This document shows, piece after piece, positions 37,712 through 47,038 of a stretch of 64,000 bases of DNA. The position numbers and the translations under genes were made by a program. How positions within the stretch are numbered: position 1 is the first letter of the stretch; each line of letters opens with the position of its first letter. Below the pieces are notes generated by a model, which was not told the DNA's origin, did not search any database, and worked only from the letters and a program-made list of their open reading frames with translations. This DNA is from a virus. The stretch lies in IMG/VR virus record IMGVR_UViG_3300034137_000032, positions 23,309-87,308 of that record; one strand, written 5' to 3'.

Positions 37712-40459
37712 TTAGGCCTGGCCCCCGTTTCCGATCCCACCGGTGACAAGCGCAGCAATCTGCCGCTCGCCCACGTCCTGACCCACAGGCTGATCGAGTC
37801 GCATCACGCCGGTCGTTTCCTTTTTGTCTGTACTGATTCGCTCGGGCGGTACCGTCGGCACGCCCGGCGCCTTGGCGGCGATGCTTGGCGCTGCGTTGCT
37901 GGCGGCCGGAATCGACGGTTTGGCCGCAGCCATGGGGCGCAGCGTAATGGGGATGTTGTCTGCAGCTGACGGAGCAGTGGCCACCGCAGGTACGCCAGCC
38001 GAAGCGCTGGCCGCCGCCGTGGCGCCGGTACCGGCCGAGCCACCGACCACCTTGTTATATCGGTCGTTGAGCGCCTGGGCGTTTTTGCCCAGGTACTCGG
38101 CCGCCGTCGTGGAGCCCTTGCCGTAGTTGAGGCCGACAGCCTTTTGGGTACCGGCCGACAGCTCGTTGATATTTTTGCCACTCTTCGCGCCCAGGATCAT
38201 CTCCTCGGCGGCCGACGGCCCAAGCTGGTGCATCATGTAGAGGTTTTCAGGGGTGACCGGCAGGCCCCGCATCTGCAGGTACTGCTGATTCACCTGGGCG
38301 AGCTTCATGCCGCCCGCAATGTTCTGATCCTCGTCGAACCGGTTGGTGATGCCCACGCCAGAAGCCGTGCGACCGGTGAACTGAAACGTGCCGATGGCAC
38401 CGGTCGAGGAAATGGCGTTAGGGTTGCCACCGCTTTCCATGGCCGCCATCGAAAGCATCATTTTCGGATCGAGACCGGACTGGCTGGCCGCGGCCTCGAT
38501 CTTCTTCTGAGTGCTGGCCGACATGCCGCCAGGCAGGTTCGCCGACGTGTTGTAACCGCCTTGCTTCAGGTCACGGATACGCGAGGCTTCGTCGTTGGTG
38601 TAGCTGCCGTTATCCGCCAGGCTGCTGCCGCCCTTGATGCCGTCAAAGCTCTCCTTGTGGCGATATCCCTTGTCCAGGGCGCCCATGATGCGACCGCCCT
38701 GCACCACCGCAGCATCTTTGACGTTGCTGTACGCGGTGGATGCCTTGCTGGCCATATTGCTGGCCACGCCCTTCGCCGCGGTGTAGGCCGTTTTCGCGGT
38801 ACCGGTAACAGCGGTTGCTGCCGAAGCCGCGACATCGACCGCCTTGCTGGCCAGCTCCTTCGCACCATCGACAGCGCCGCCCAGCTTGTCACCGAACCAA
38901 TCCTTGACCGACTTGTAGACGTCCGAGACCATCGAACCCAGCGACGACGCTGCCTCGGATACAGTCTTGAATACCGAGCTGGCGGCGTCAGACGCCAATT
39001 TGCCCGCACCGCTGAAGACAGAAACCACGCCGTCCCAGGCGCCGCTGATTTGCTTGCCGATATCGCTCCAATCGAGAGTGCTAAGCCAGCCGCCGACCAT
39101 CGAACCGACTTTGTCGCCGATCATACCGCCTACGATGGTGCCCAGCGGCCCGGCCAGCGAGCCGATCGCCGCGCCCACGACGCTGCCCACGGCACTGCCG
39201 CCGCCCTCAAATTTCTCCTGTTTGCTGGCGTCCGGGTCCATGACCTTGGCCACGCCCATGCCGGCATTGATCAGCGTACCCAGCAACGGCACACGCTTGA
39301 GCACAGCCCCGCCGACCTTGCCGACGGCTTTACCGGCTTTGCCCAGGGCACTGCCGATCTTGCCCATACGGCCAGTCTTGCGGGCGTTACCGGCACTGCC
39401 GCCACCCGAACCTGCGGACGCGCCCCCGGTGTTGACCTCAACGCCTGGGCTTTTCTTGCGACCGAAAATTTTGCGCCCGACCGCAGCGGCGCCGGATGCA
39501 GCAGCACCCACGGCACGAATGCCGCCCTTGGCCAGCGAGCCGACCAGGCCCGCGCCCGGAATGGCTTTGAAGATTCCGCCCAGGATCTTGCCCAGCCCGC
39601 CCATGAGCAGACCAGGCAGGGCAACGATTGCCGCCAGCAATGTGGCGAATAGCCCGCGGCCGCCGCCATCCTTTTTATTCGACTCGCGCAGCTCGCCCCA
39701 AATGCGGCGATACCACGGTACTGCGACCTTGCGCTCGGCCTTCTCCTCGGCGCTCGTGCCGCCACGACCAAACAAGCCAGCCAGGGGGCGGAACAGCGGG
39801 CCGATAGACTCCTTGACCTCCTTGGCGGCCGCAATGGTCGGGTCGATGTTCTCGGTGTTGTGCGCCAGCCCTGACAGGTTGCTCAGGCCATTCTTGAGAC
39901 CGTTGATAGCATTGCTCAGGCGCCCGGAGCCCCCGCGGCTGCTGCCGCTGTCCGGATCATCTGGGGTGGTCGGGTTGTTGTGGCCAGGCCCAGCAGCGCC
40001 CCCGCCATTGCGCCCGTTATCTGCGGCGCCGTTACGCGGTTGAAACCGTCCGTTGGAGCCACGGGTGGGCAGCGCTTGCTCGCGCCGATGAGGGATCGCG
40101 TCCCGGCGTGCAGGCGTGCCGGTGCCACGCGTCGAGGTGCTGGACGTCGCGCTGGACGTGGATGGCTCGACACGGCGGCGAGGCGTGGCCACCGGCAAAG
40201 GTGGCGGTACCGGAGACGGCGTGCTGCCGCGACGCGATGCCGTCGAGCTGGTGCGTGGGCTGCGCGCGGATGCAGGTGACGACGGGGCACTGCTGCTCCC
40301 GCCCTTGCTGCCGCGGCCGCTATCAGCCAGGGTTCGATTGAGCTGGGCAATACCATGGTCGATCGAGCGCAGTAGATCGAGCTGGCGGGCGTAGCCAGCC
40401 AAATCGACGCTCGCCGGGCTGCCGACCAGGAACCCGTCGTTATCCGAGTTTAGGGCCAT
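37712..40459 (-). CDS. sit: tape measure protein with lytic transglycosylase domain (P1 Sit-like)
   Basis: Gly/Ala-rich helical body; MESGGNPNAISSTGAIGTFQF SLT motif. Confidence 0.88.
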   Translation of the reverse strand: MALNSDNDGFLVGSPASVDLAGYARQLDLLRSIDHGIAQLNRTLADSGRGSKGGSSSAPSSPASARSPRTSSTASRRGSTPSPVPPPLPVATPRRRVEPSTSSATSSTSTRGTGTPARRDAIPHRREQALPTRGSNGRFQPRNGAADNGRNGGGAAGPGHNNPTTPDDPDSGSSRGGSGRLSNAINGLKNGLSNLSGLAHNTENIDPTIAAAKEVKESIGPLFRPLAGLFGRGGTSAEEKAERKVAVPWYRRIWGELRESNKKDGGGRGLFATLLAAIVALPGLLMGGLGKILGGIFKAIPGAGLVGSLAKGGIRAVGAAASGAAAVGRKIFGRKKSPGVEVNTGGASAGSGGGSAGNARKTGRMGKIGSALGKAGKAVGKVGGAVLKRVPLLGTLINAGMGVAKVMDPDASKQEKFEGGGSAVGSVVGAAIGSLAGPLGTIVGGMIGDKVGSMVGGWLSTLDWSDIGKQISGAWDGVVSVFSGAGKLASDAASSVFKTVSEAASSLGSMVSDVYKSVKDWFGDKLGGAVDGAKELASKAVDVAASAATAVTGTAKTAYTAAKGVASNMASKASTAYSNVKDAAVVQGGRIMGALDKGYRHKESFDGIKGGSSLADNGSYTNDEASRIRDLKQGGYNTSANLPGGMSASTQKKIEAAASQSGLDPKMMLSMAAMESGGNPNAISSTGAIGTFQFTGRTASGVGITNRFDEDQNIAGGMKLAQVNQQYLQMRGLPVTPENLYMMHQLGPSAAEEMILGAKSGKNINELSAGTQKAVGLNYGKGSTTAAEYLGKNAQALNDRYNKVVGGSAGTGATAAASASAGVPAVATAPSAADNIPITLRPMAAAKPSIPAASNAAPSIAAKAPGVPTVPPERISTDKKETTGVMRLDQPVGQDVGERQIAALVTGGIGNGGQA

Positions 40460-40461
40460 GA

Positions 40462-41307
40462 TCAGCGACGACGCTCAAAGAATCGATCGGCTTCGGGAGT
40501 GTTCACGCGCGGCGCCTGGGGCTTGGCTTCAGGCTGCAGCTGCGCCAGATCCTCGTGCAGGAAGTCCCGCGCGCTGTCGAACAGATTGACGGTGCCCGGG
40601 GCGGGAATCCGGCCGATGTCCATGACGCCGTCCAGCACAACGGACGTCTTGCCTGTCTTTTTGGCCAGCATGCTGATCAGCACGGTGTTTTCGTTGGTGA
40701 CGCTGTCGAGCACGGCGTGGGTGTTGTCCAGCTCGCGCTGCTTGGCGTCCATCATCTGATTAAGCGTGTCGAACAGCGCATCACGCTCGGCCACGGCGTC
40801 GAGCAGATCAGCCCCCTCCCCTTCCTCCACCCCGTCCAGGACATAGCCGCGGTTGCTGTTGTAGTTCGGTTCCTTGACCAGGTCGAATCCGAAAAAATCG
40901 GTCGCGATGTGCGTGGTACCCACCAGGCGCGCGCGAATGGCCGACGAAAAACCAAAGGCCTTGCTGCCGTATACGCGCTCGCCGATGCGGCCCGAGGAGG
41001 TATCGAGAAATTCGACCTCATGGTCTATATCGCCGTTGGGGTAAGCCTTCAGCGAGACGGTGCGCAGCGCAGGCTCCAAGGCGAAGTGCTTGCCGTTGAC
41101 GATCCCGCCGTCAGCGGGGTCCAGGCCGAATTTTTCCCGAGGCCAGTGACCGAAGTAGCCGATCATGTCGCCCGCGGCGATACGCTCCTGGACGGCCTTG
41201 CCGTTGAGGACGCGCACGACACTGGGAATGTCGAAGTTCCGGTCGGCGCCGCGAAACTGGCGCTGTCGATCGGCAATGTTGAATCGAATAATCCCTGTCT
41301 TACGCAT
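40462..41307 (-). CDS. pro: prohead protease (P1 Pro-like)
   Basis: GYFGHW, GFSSA, GFDLVKEPNY (His/Ser/Asp); follows the portal. Confidence 0.85.
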   Translation of the reverse strand: MRKTGIIRFNIADRQRQFRGADRNFDIPSVVRVLNGKAVQERIAAGDMIGYFGHWPREKFGLDPADGGIVNGKHFALEPALRTVSLKAYPNGDIDHEVEFLDTSSGRIGERVYGSKAFGFSSAIRARLVGTTHIATDFFGFDLVKEPNYNSNRGYVLDGVEEGEGADLLDAVAERDALFDTLNQMMDAKQRELDNTHAVLDSVTNENTVLISMLAKKTGKTSVVLDGVMDIGRIPAPGTVNLFDSARDFLHEDLAQLQPEAKPQAPRVNTPEADRFFERRR

Positions 41308-42901
41308 CTTCCATCTCTTCCTCTTCATCTACCTCGGGATTGCCGCTGGTGGTGCGGCCTGGCGGGGCATCGAAGCCCCCGCCGTCGCCTCCAAATCCGC
41401 CCGCATCTGGTGGCTTCGCGTTCCTGATTCCTTTGGCGATGATTCGGGCTTCGTCCTCGTCGTAGCCCATGTCCTTGGTTAGCAGCTGCATGCACACTTC
41501 CTCGGGCAAGCCCGAATTGCGCATGGCTTCCAGGACGGTCATGAGGGTTGAAGCACCGTTGATCTTGCGTTCTCGGGTCTCGGCGTTCTCCGACTCCAGA
41601 GCGCTGATCGAGCCGAAATAGTTGATTTCGTAGGGGCGATCGCCGTCCTCCCACACAAAGCCGTACTTGGCCCAGGTGTGCAGGTCGATCAGGTAGTGGA
41701 AAAAGGCCGTCAGTGCGGTGCGAATCATCCGGCTGCGCTCGGCCGACTGCGCCGATACGCGGAAAAACCCGCCGTCGCCCAGGCCGCCCGATAGTTGGTC
41801 CGCGAAGCCCAGCATCGAGAGGTCGGTTCCCAAGGCGCCAGCCAGGAGGCGCGCCTGCAGCATTACGTCATCGATCGTCATGCCGTTGGTAGCAGTGGCG
41901 CCCTGGAAGCTGGAAACGCTCGTAACGGCCTTCTGGCCGCTTACAGGCAGGACGTGGTACTGGCGGGTCGTGACCGGCTGGTTATCCCGGACGGCCTTTT
42001 CGGCGACCTCCTTGGACTTGGTCAGCATGCGGTTGATACTCGCCATGAAGCTTTTGCGCTGCTGCAGGCTCATGCCTTCGGTTTCGACGGTGATCAAGTT
42101 CTCGTCGATCGTGCCCAGGATGCGCTGGCCGACCAGGCCCAGCAGCGAGCTGCGCAGGCGCCCGTGGGGCTCCTCGGCCTCATACAGGAATCCGCCACCG
42201 ATCATCGCTGGCATCGGCGTGAGCTTCTCCAGATCATCCTCGGCGAGGTTGTAGCGGTAAGCCTTGTCCACTGCGCGGATCTGCGGCACCCACAGCAGGC
42301 GCGGCATTTTCATCCTGGCCATCTGGGTGGGTGTCAGGCGCTGCTGCTGCTTTTCGCCGCTCGAAACAACGTAACCGACGGTGCGGTTGCCCTTTTCATA
42401 AGGCTGCACCAACGGCGGGTAAAGCATCTCGTTGTTGATCAGATCGAGCAGGCCTTCGCCTTTCTTCAGGTACGTGCGGGCGTAGGCGTCGCCGAAGCCT
42501 GCAGCGTTGAAGGCGATGCCGTGCGCTTCCCGATTGAACAGGGGGGCGCAGTTAAGGCGGATGTCATCGACGTACTTTTTGAGCGGCTCACAGCCCGCCT
42601 TCATCTCGATGAAGATGGTGTCACCGTTGGTCTCGTGCCCGCCCAGGGCTTGGGTGACGTGCAAGCGCAGCGCCGTGGCGATGATGGGGTCAGACATCAT
42701 GTGGGCGAATTGCTCGTAAATCTGCGCGCGACTGCGGGCCGATCGACTACCGGAACCGAGCAGCATCGACACGCTAACCGTGTCGTATCCCTGCATGGTG
42801 TCCGCGACGTCCACTTCGGCAATGTTGCGGTCGCCGTCCGCGAGCGTCTGAGCGAGCTTTTTAGCCCGAGCCCAGATGCCTCCTTTAGTCGAGTCAGCCA
42901 T
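41300..42901 (-). CDS. prt: portal protein (P1 Prt-like)
   Basis: 533 aa; FGDAYAR, MLGFADQLSGGLGDGGFFR. Confidence 0.9.
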   Translation of the reverse strand: MADSTKGGIWARAKKLAQTLADGDRNIAEVDVADTMQGYDTVSVSMLLGSGSRSARSRAQIYEQFAHMMSDPIIATALRLHVTQALGGHETNGDTIFIEMKAGCEPLKKYVDDIRLNCAPLFNREAHGIAFNAAGFGDAYARTYLKKGEGLLDLINNEMLYPPLVQPYEKGNRTVGYVVSSGEKQQQRLTPTQMARMKMPRLLWVPQIRAVDKAYRYNLAEDDLEKLTPMPAMIGGGFLYEAEEPHGRLRSSLLGLVGQRILGTIDENLITVETEGMSLQQRKSFMASINRMLTKSKEVAEKAVRDNQPVTTRQYHVLPVSGQKAVTSVSSFQGATATNGMTIDDVMLQARLLAGALGTDLSMLGFADQLSGGLGDGGFFRVSAQSAERSRMIRTALTAFFHYLIDLHTWAKYGFVWEDGDRPYEINYFGSISALESENAETRERKINGASTLMTVLEAMRNSGLPEEVCMQLLTKDMGYDEDEARIIAKGIRNAKPPDAGGFGGDGGGFDAPPGRTTSGNPEVDEEEEMEDA

Positions 42902-42932
42902 AAAATCCCAAGCGCATTAATCGTTTGGAACC

Positions 42933-42975
42933 ATGGTATTGAGGTACAGCCCCCCTTCCGGGCGGACCTTTCCGA
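42933..42975 (-). promoter_or_regulatory. putative late promoter
   Basis: atcGGAAA (42973-42969) -N30- TACCAT. Confidence 0.7.
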
Positions 42976-43470
42976 TCAGATCCCGACTAGCAGATCCTCG
43001 CGTGGATTCAGCAGCAGCAAGCGAGTGTATGGCGGGATGTCGCCCTTACTGGTCACGGCCACGACTTCATAGGGGATGATAATTCCAGCGCCAGGCTCGG
43101 CGATCACCAGGTCATGCTTATCGGCGACGAAATAGGCCGAATCGGTGGGATCGGCGCTGCACTCGACCTGGGCCTGGATCATGCCCTCGGCATAGGTGAT
43201 GACCGTATCGTCGTCGCTCATGTTGCCGATGTCAGGCGTGAACGTGTCGGCGAACTTCATTCGACCGGCGCCCAACGCCGTGAAACTGAAGTCGGCCTCG
43301 TCTTCGCTGTCGAGCACCCCTGCCCCGCCGAGCGTTGGCAGCCCGCCCAGCTCAGTCTCGGCCGACCGGTTGACCGTCTTGCGCTGCACAGAGCAATCCA
43401 TCGAATTGGGGTGGCGCAGCACGAGCTGGCGGCTTACCCGGTTAACCTGTTTGGGGATGTTGGTCAGCAT
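42976..43470 (-). CDS. head-tail connector (P1 gp7-like)
   Basis: 26-25-7 order as in P1; HPNSMDC motif. Confidence 0.6.
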   Translation of the reverse strand: MLTNIPKQVNRVSRQLVLRHPNSMDCSVQRKTVNRSAETELGGLPTLGGAGVLDSEDEADFSFTALGAGRMKFADTFTPDIGNMSDDDTVITYAEGMIQAQVECSADPTDSAYFVADKHDLVIAEPGAGIIIPYEVVAVTSKGDIPPYTRLLLLNPREDLLVGI

Positions 43471-43625
43471 GATTTACCTTCAGGGCGTTGCGGGCGCCGT
43501 GGCTCATCCTGCTCGATCAGTTCGCGCAGGCACCATAGACGTCGTGTGGGATTGGGGTAATGGCCCAGGCGCACCAGCTCGAAGCCGCAGGTACGCATAA
43601 ACCGCTGGAAGGCAGGCTCTCTCAT
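43464..43625 (-). CDS. 53-aa protein missing from the ORF track (MREPAFQRF...EGKSC)
   Basis: ATGA overlap with the upstream stop; overlaps the downstream start. Confidence 0.55.
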   Translation of the reverse strand: MREPAFQRFMRTCGFELVRLGHYPNPTRRLWCLRELIEQDEPRRPQRPEGKSC

Positions 43626-44710
43626 TTCTTGCCCAGCCTTTCCAGGTCAGCCTGGCGATCAGCGATCTCGCCAAGGAGCAGCGCGCGCACGGCAGCGCTG
43701 GTGCGGGGGTTGTCTGCCAGATCCTGCGCCTGCTTGATGGCCTTTTTCGTCTGGCTGATTGCCGTTCGAGCGTCCTTTGCCGCCTGCTTGCGCGCCTTAT
43801 CCTCGGCGGCCTTTTTTGCGTCGGCTACGCCCGCTTTCATCGCCCTGTTCAGACGCCAGCGTTCGCGCTCGGCCTTCTTGTCGGCCGTGGTGGTCACGCG
43901 CCGCTGGCGGTGCGTTTCCTTCTGCATCTTCTCGACGTCGGCCTTCATCTGCTTGACGGTGCGGGTTTTCGCCACGCGCTCGACGGCCGTGCGCGCGCCT
44001 TCGATCAGCTTCACTGCCTGGGCCTTGAATGTCGGCGAGGCGATGATGGTGGTCATTACCCGCAAGACGTGTTTGCAGCCGCAGCCGGTCAGCAGCGGGT
44101 TGGTGATCTTTGGATAGCTGTGCTCGAACCATGGCCCGGCTGCCCAGCCACCCGTGGTCGCGATGTAGCGCAGCCGGTAGCGCCAGTCCTCGCAGTTGCA
44201 GTCGATCTTCAGCTTGCCCTTGATCAGCCTCCCCGCGGCCGCCTTGGCTTCGACCGGCGCAACCACCATGTCCTCGAAGTCCTGGAACTCGACGGAGACC
44301 ATATGGCGGCGCACCTTCGAATTCGGCCCTGCGTTGGTCTGGAAGGTGACAAGGCCGCCCTTGTGGCGGATCACCAGCGCGGTGTGAATCTCCCGGTGGG
44401 CGCGATCGCGCGGGCCAGGCATCGACGTATCGAGCATGCGCTGCGCAGTGATGCCCCCGGCTGCTTTCTTGCCGTGGATCTTCGCCGACGCGCGAAAAAC
44501 TGCCAGGTCGTCCTGGGTGATCGGGCGCAGGCCATTGTTTCCCAGCGACGTCAGAAGGTTGCGCTGGTGGTCGTAGGTCCCCCGGATCTCGTCGGGCGAT
44601 ACCAGAATGCTGGACTGCCCGCGCTCCTGGATGCCCTGCTTGTGGCGGGTGACGGCTTCTTTCAGCGCCTTGTTGACCGCGATCAGGTGCTCGCTGCTGG
44701 ATTTCGCCAT
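43622..44710 (-). CDS. P1 gp25-like protein with SWIM-like zinc motif
   Basis: CNCEDWRYRLRYIAT...PKITNP...GCGCKH; basic C-terminal coil. Confidence 0.75.
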   Translation of the reverse strand: MAKSSSEHLIAVNKALKEAVTRHKQGIQERGQSSILVSPDEIRGTYDHQRNLLTSLGNNGLRPITQDDLAVFRASAKIHGKKAAGGITAQRMLDTSMPGPRDRAHREIHTALVIRHKGGLVTFQTNAGPNSKVRRHMVSVEFQDFEDMVVAPVEAKAAAGRLIKGKLKIDCNCEDWRYRLRYIATTGGWAAGPWFEHSYPKITNPLLTGCGCKHVLRVMTTIIASPTFKAQAVKLIEGARTAVERVAKTRTVKQMKADVEKMQKETHRQRRVTTTADKKAERERWRLNRAMKAGVADAKKAAEDKARKQAAKDARTAISQTKKAIKQAQDLADNPRTSAAVRALLLGEIADRQADLERLGKK

Positions 44711-44711
44711 G

Positions 44712-45011
44712 TCAGCGCACCGACGTTACGGTGGTGACGATGCCGAGGGCGGATTTCATCGCCTGCAGCTTGGCCTTGGTGGGCAGCACCAGCTCGCGCT
44801 CGGTCATCTTCTGCGTGGTCATCCGGTCGATGCCCGCAGCGGCGGCAATCGCAATGTATTCGTCAGGGGTGCCGTAGACGCGACGTGATACCAGAGTCAG
44901 GTCGTAGTATTCGTCCGGTTTGGTGAAGTAAATCTGCCGATCGCCCGACCAGACTGGTTCGGTGAGAGCAAACTTGCGGACTGCCTTGTAGAGGTTCGAG
45001 TATTCGATCAT
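44712..45011 (-). CDS. baseplate LysM-like protein (P1 gp26-like)
   Basis: DLTLVSRRVYG...LVLP; start MIEYSN at 45011. Confidence 0.75.
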   Translation of the reverse strand: MIEYSNLYKAVRKFALTEPVWSGDRQIYFTKPDEYYDLTLVSRRVYGTPDEYIAIAAAAGIDRMTTQKMTERELVLPTKAKLQAMKSALGIVTTVTSVR

Positions 45012-45017
45012 GCCCGG

Positions 45018-45060
45018 ATTGTCACCGGGCATGTCGAAGCTCAGGCCGAGCGGTTTCCGA
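45018..45060 (-). promoter_or_regulatory. putative late promoter, leaderless transcript
   Basis: atcGGAAA (45058-45054) -N30- GACAAT; 6 nt separate it from the ATG. Confidence 0.65.
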
Positions 45061-45078
45061 TAGCTCGGCGCCAGCGGC

Positions 45079-45555
45079 TTATTGGTCGGTGGTCATGTTC
45101 GCGCATTTGAAACCGCGATCGCCCCGGGGCGGAGTATCCCCAGTGGCAGTTGCGCAAAACAGCTTCTTGACGTCCATCTTTGTCGCGATGCGCACCCATA
45201 CCATCGGCACCTGCGAGCCGTCGTGCATGGTAAAAATCACCCCGTCGATGACCTTTTCCATCGTTCCCATCTCGCGTGTGCCCTTCCAGTCATAGGAGAC
45301 GTTGATGGTGCGTTCGGGCAGGTTGTAGCTATCGACCTGCAGGTTCGGGAATGGCACGACATTGTTTGTCATGTACCGCATGGTCTGAGTGTCGTAGGCC
45401 ATCCGTATTAAGACGCCCTGCCCCGGCATCTGATAGACGCCGGTGAAGTTACCCGAAACCCAGTTGGCGCCGACGGGGTCGGCAGCAGCGTCGATCTGCG
45501 CAAATGAGGTGTTCGCGATCAGGGTCAAAGCGACAGCTGAAATGAATCTTTTCAT
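45079..45555 (-). CDS. secreted hypothetical protein
   Basis: Signal peptide MKRFISAVALTLIANTSFA; AGGA RBS. Confidence 0.75.
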   Translation of the reverse strand: MKRFISAVALTLIANTSFAQIDAAADPVGANWVSGNFTGVYQMPGQGVLIRMAYDTQTMRYMTNNVVPFPNLQVDSYNLPERTINVSYDWKGTREMGTMEKVIDGVIFTMHDGSQVPMVWVRIATKMDVKKLFCATATGDTPPRGDRGFKCANMTTDQ

Positions 45556-45613
45556 GGTGTTCCTGCTTGGCCGTTGTAGAAGGGATACAGCTGCGGCCCA
45601 GCTTACTCACGAG

Positions 45614-45997
45614 CTACGGGTTATCCACACAGAGCGCGGCGATCGAGCGCTCTATCTCGCGCCTTGAGCCACCCCGGCGCACCAGCCGCAGCGCCAGCGC
45701 AACCGTAGTGCGCGTCGCCCGGTGGTGTGCAGCCGTCACCAGGTTGGCCATGCGATCGGCGTACCCACGCACCCGCAGCGCAGCCTGTACGGCGGTGGGC
45801 GCGTCCTTGCCGAGCACTTGGTGGATAAGCACCAGCGCACCACGCGCAGCGGCCAGCTGGCTCTCCTTGGCGTCCAGGTGCGATCGCAGGTCGATCACCT
45901 GGGCGCGCAGAACCTGGGCGCAGTTGTGGGGCCTACGGTCTTTGACCATCTGGATGTGCTGGCAGATGGAACAATGCGATACGGCAGGGTTACTCAT
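45614..45997 (-). CDS. hypothetical protein with N-terminal Cys/His cluster
   Basis: 127 aa; CSIC...HNC then coiled coil. Confidence 0.55.
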   Translation of the reverse strand: MSNPAVSHCSICQHIQMVKDRRPHNCAQVLRAQVIDLRSHLDAKESQLAAARGALVLIHQVLGKDAPTAVQAALRVRGYADRMANLVTAAHHRATRTTVALALRLVRRGGSRREIERSIAALCVDNP

Positions 45998-46074
45998 GGG
46001 TCAGCCTGATAAGTTACTGTCAGCTAATGACATCACAACTTTAAAGTCAGGTCGAGGCCGTCGCGTATGGTCTT

Positions 46075-46941
46075 TTACTGGCAGTGATATGTGACAGCGC
46101 TGCCATTCCCGCAAAAGCCCGGACACATGGCGATCTCCGCGACACCGCTCGCGCACTGAGGATCTGGAACAAACGGCTGGGTGGTGTTCGGGCAGCCGCA
46201 CTGAAACGTTGTTGCACCCGACGGCAGGGAACCATTGGGTTGCGTAGGCTGTAAGGGTGGTCGGTTTAGGTAAGCTCGGATAGTTGGCGTAACTCGATCT
46301 TGGAACTCATAGGCCTCCTTCTCCAACGCATTACCGCGATCCTGGCAGCCGCCGCACCCGGCCATGTCCCTGCTGTATTCGCATTTGAAACCCTCACTGC
46401 CTATTTTGCGGTACTGCCCGAGATGGATCGCCTCATGAGCGAGGTTTGCCGCGGTCAGCAACCGGTTGCCCGTCAGCGACACGTCGAGGTAGATACGGCC
46501 CTTATCGGGGGTAATCCCAAGCGTGCCGTTACGCAGATTGCACCATCGAATCTCGACGCCGTTGAACGTTGACGGATCTAGCGCATGCGCACGCGAAAGG
46601 TCGATAACGGCCTGTTGGATAAGCTCGTGGTTTTCGAGTCCTTTCTCGTTTGAGCATTCAGCGATCACCGCTGCGACCACTTGAACGAATGGCACTGCGC
46701 AGGTTTGAAACAATATTTGCCGTGGGTCTTGGTCCGGAAACGGAGCCTGAATAATGCAGCCGCTTGCTTGAGCAGCAGCTTTCAAGCTCAGACAACTGCC
46801 GTAACAGCTCGGCTCTGGTATTCCAAATACGCTTGGGCAGGCGTCGTCGCAGTAAGTGTCACAGCCTACTTCGCCTGCAATCGAATAGGAGGGGGCGCCT
46901 ACAAGGAAAACGGCAAGGAATGCAGCAGCAAGTCCTTTCAT
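46075..46941 (-). CDS. secreted Cys-rich HExxH metallopeptidase-like protein (DUF4157-like)
   Basis: Signal peptide, LAHEAIHLGQY, NALEKEAY, many cysteines. Confidence 0.75.
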   Translation of the reverse strand: MKGLAAAFLAVFLVGAPSYSIAGEVGCDTYCDDACPSVFGIPEPSCYGSCLSLKAAAQASGCIIQAPFPDQDPRQILFQTCAVPFVQVVAAVIAECSNEKGLENHELIQQAVIDLSRAHALDPSTFNGVEIRWCNLRNGTLGITPDKGRIYLDVSLTGNRLLTAANLAHEAIHLGQYRKIGSEGFKCEYSRDMAGCGGCQDRGNALEKEAYEFQDRVTPTIRAYLNRPPLQPTQPNGSLPSGATTFQCGCPNTTQPFVPDPQCASGVAEIAMCPGFCGNGSAVTYHCQ

Positions 46942-47038
46942 ACCGATTTCTCCGCGCGCATCTCAATGCGCTGTCATGTGAAGTGCACAACGGAGTTGAG
47001 TCTAGAAGATCCTCAGCGCCACGCGCGGCTTGCCCCTG

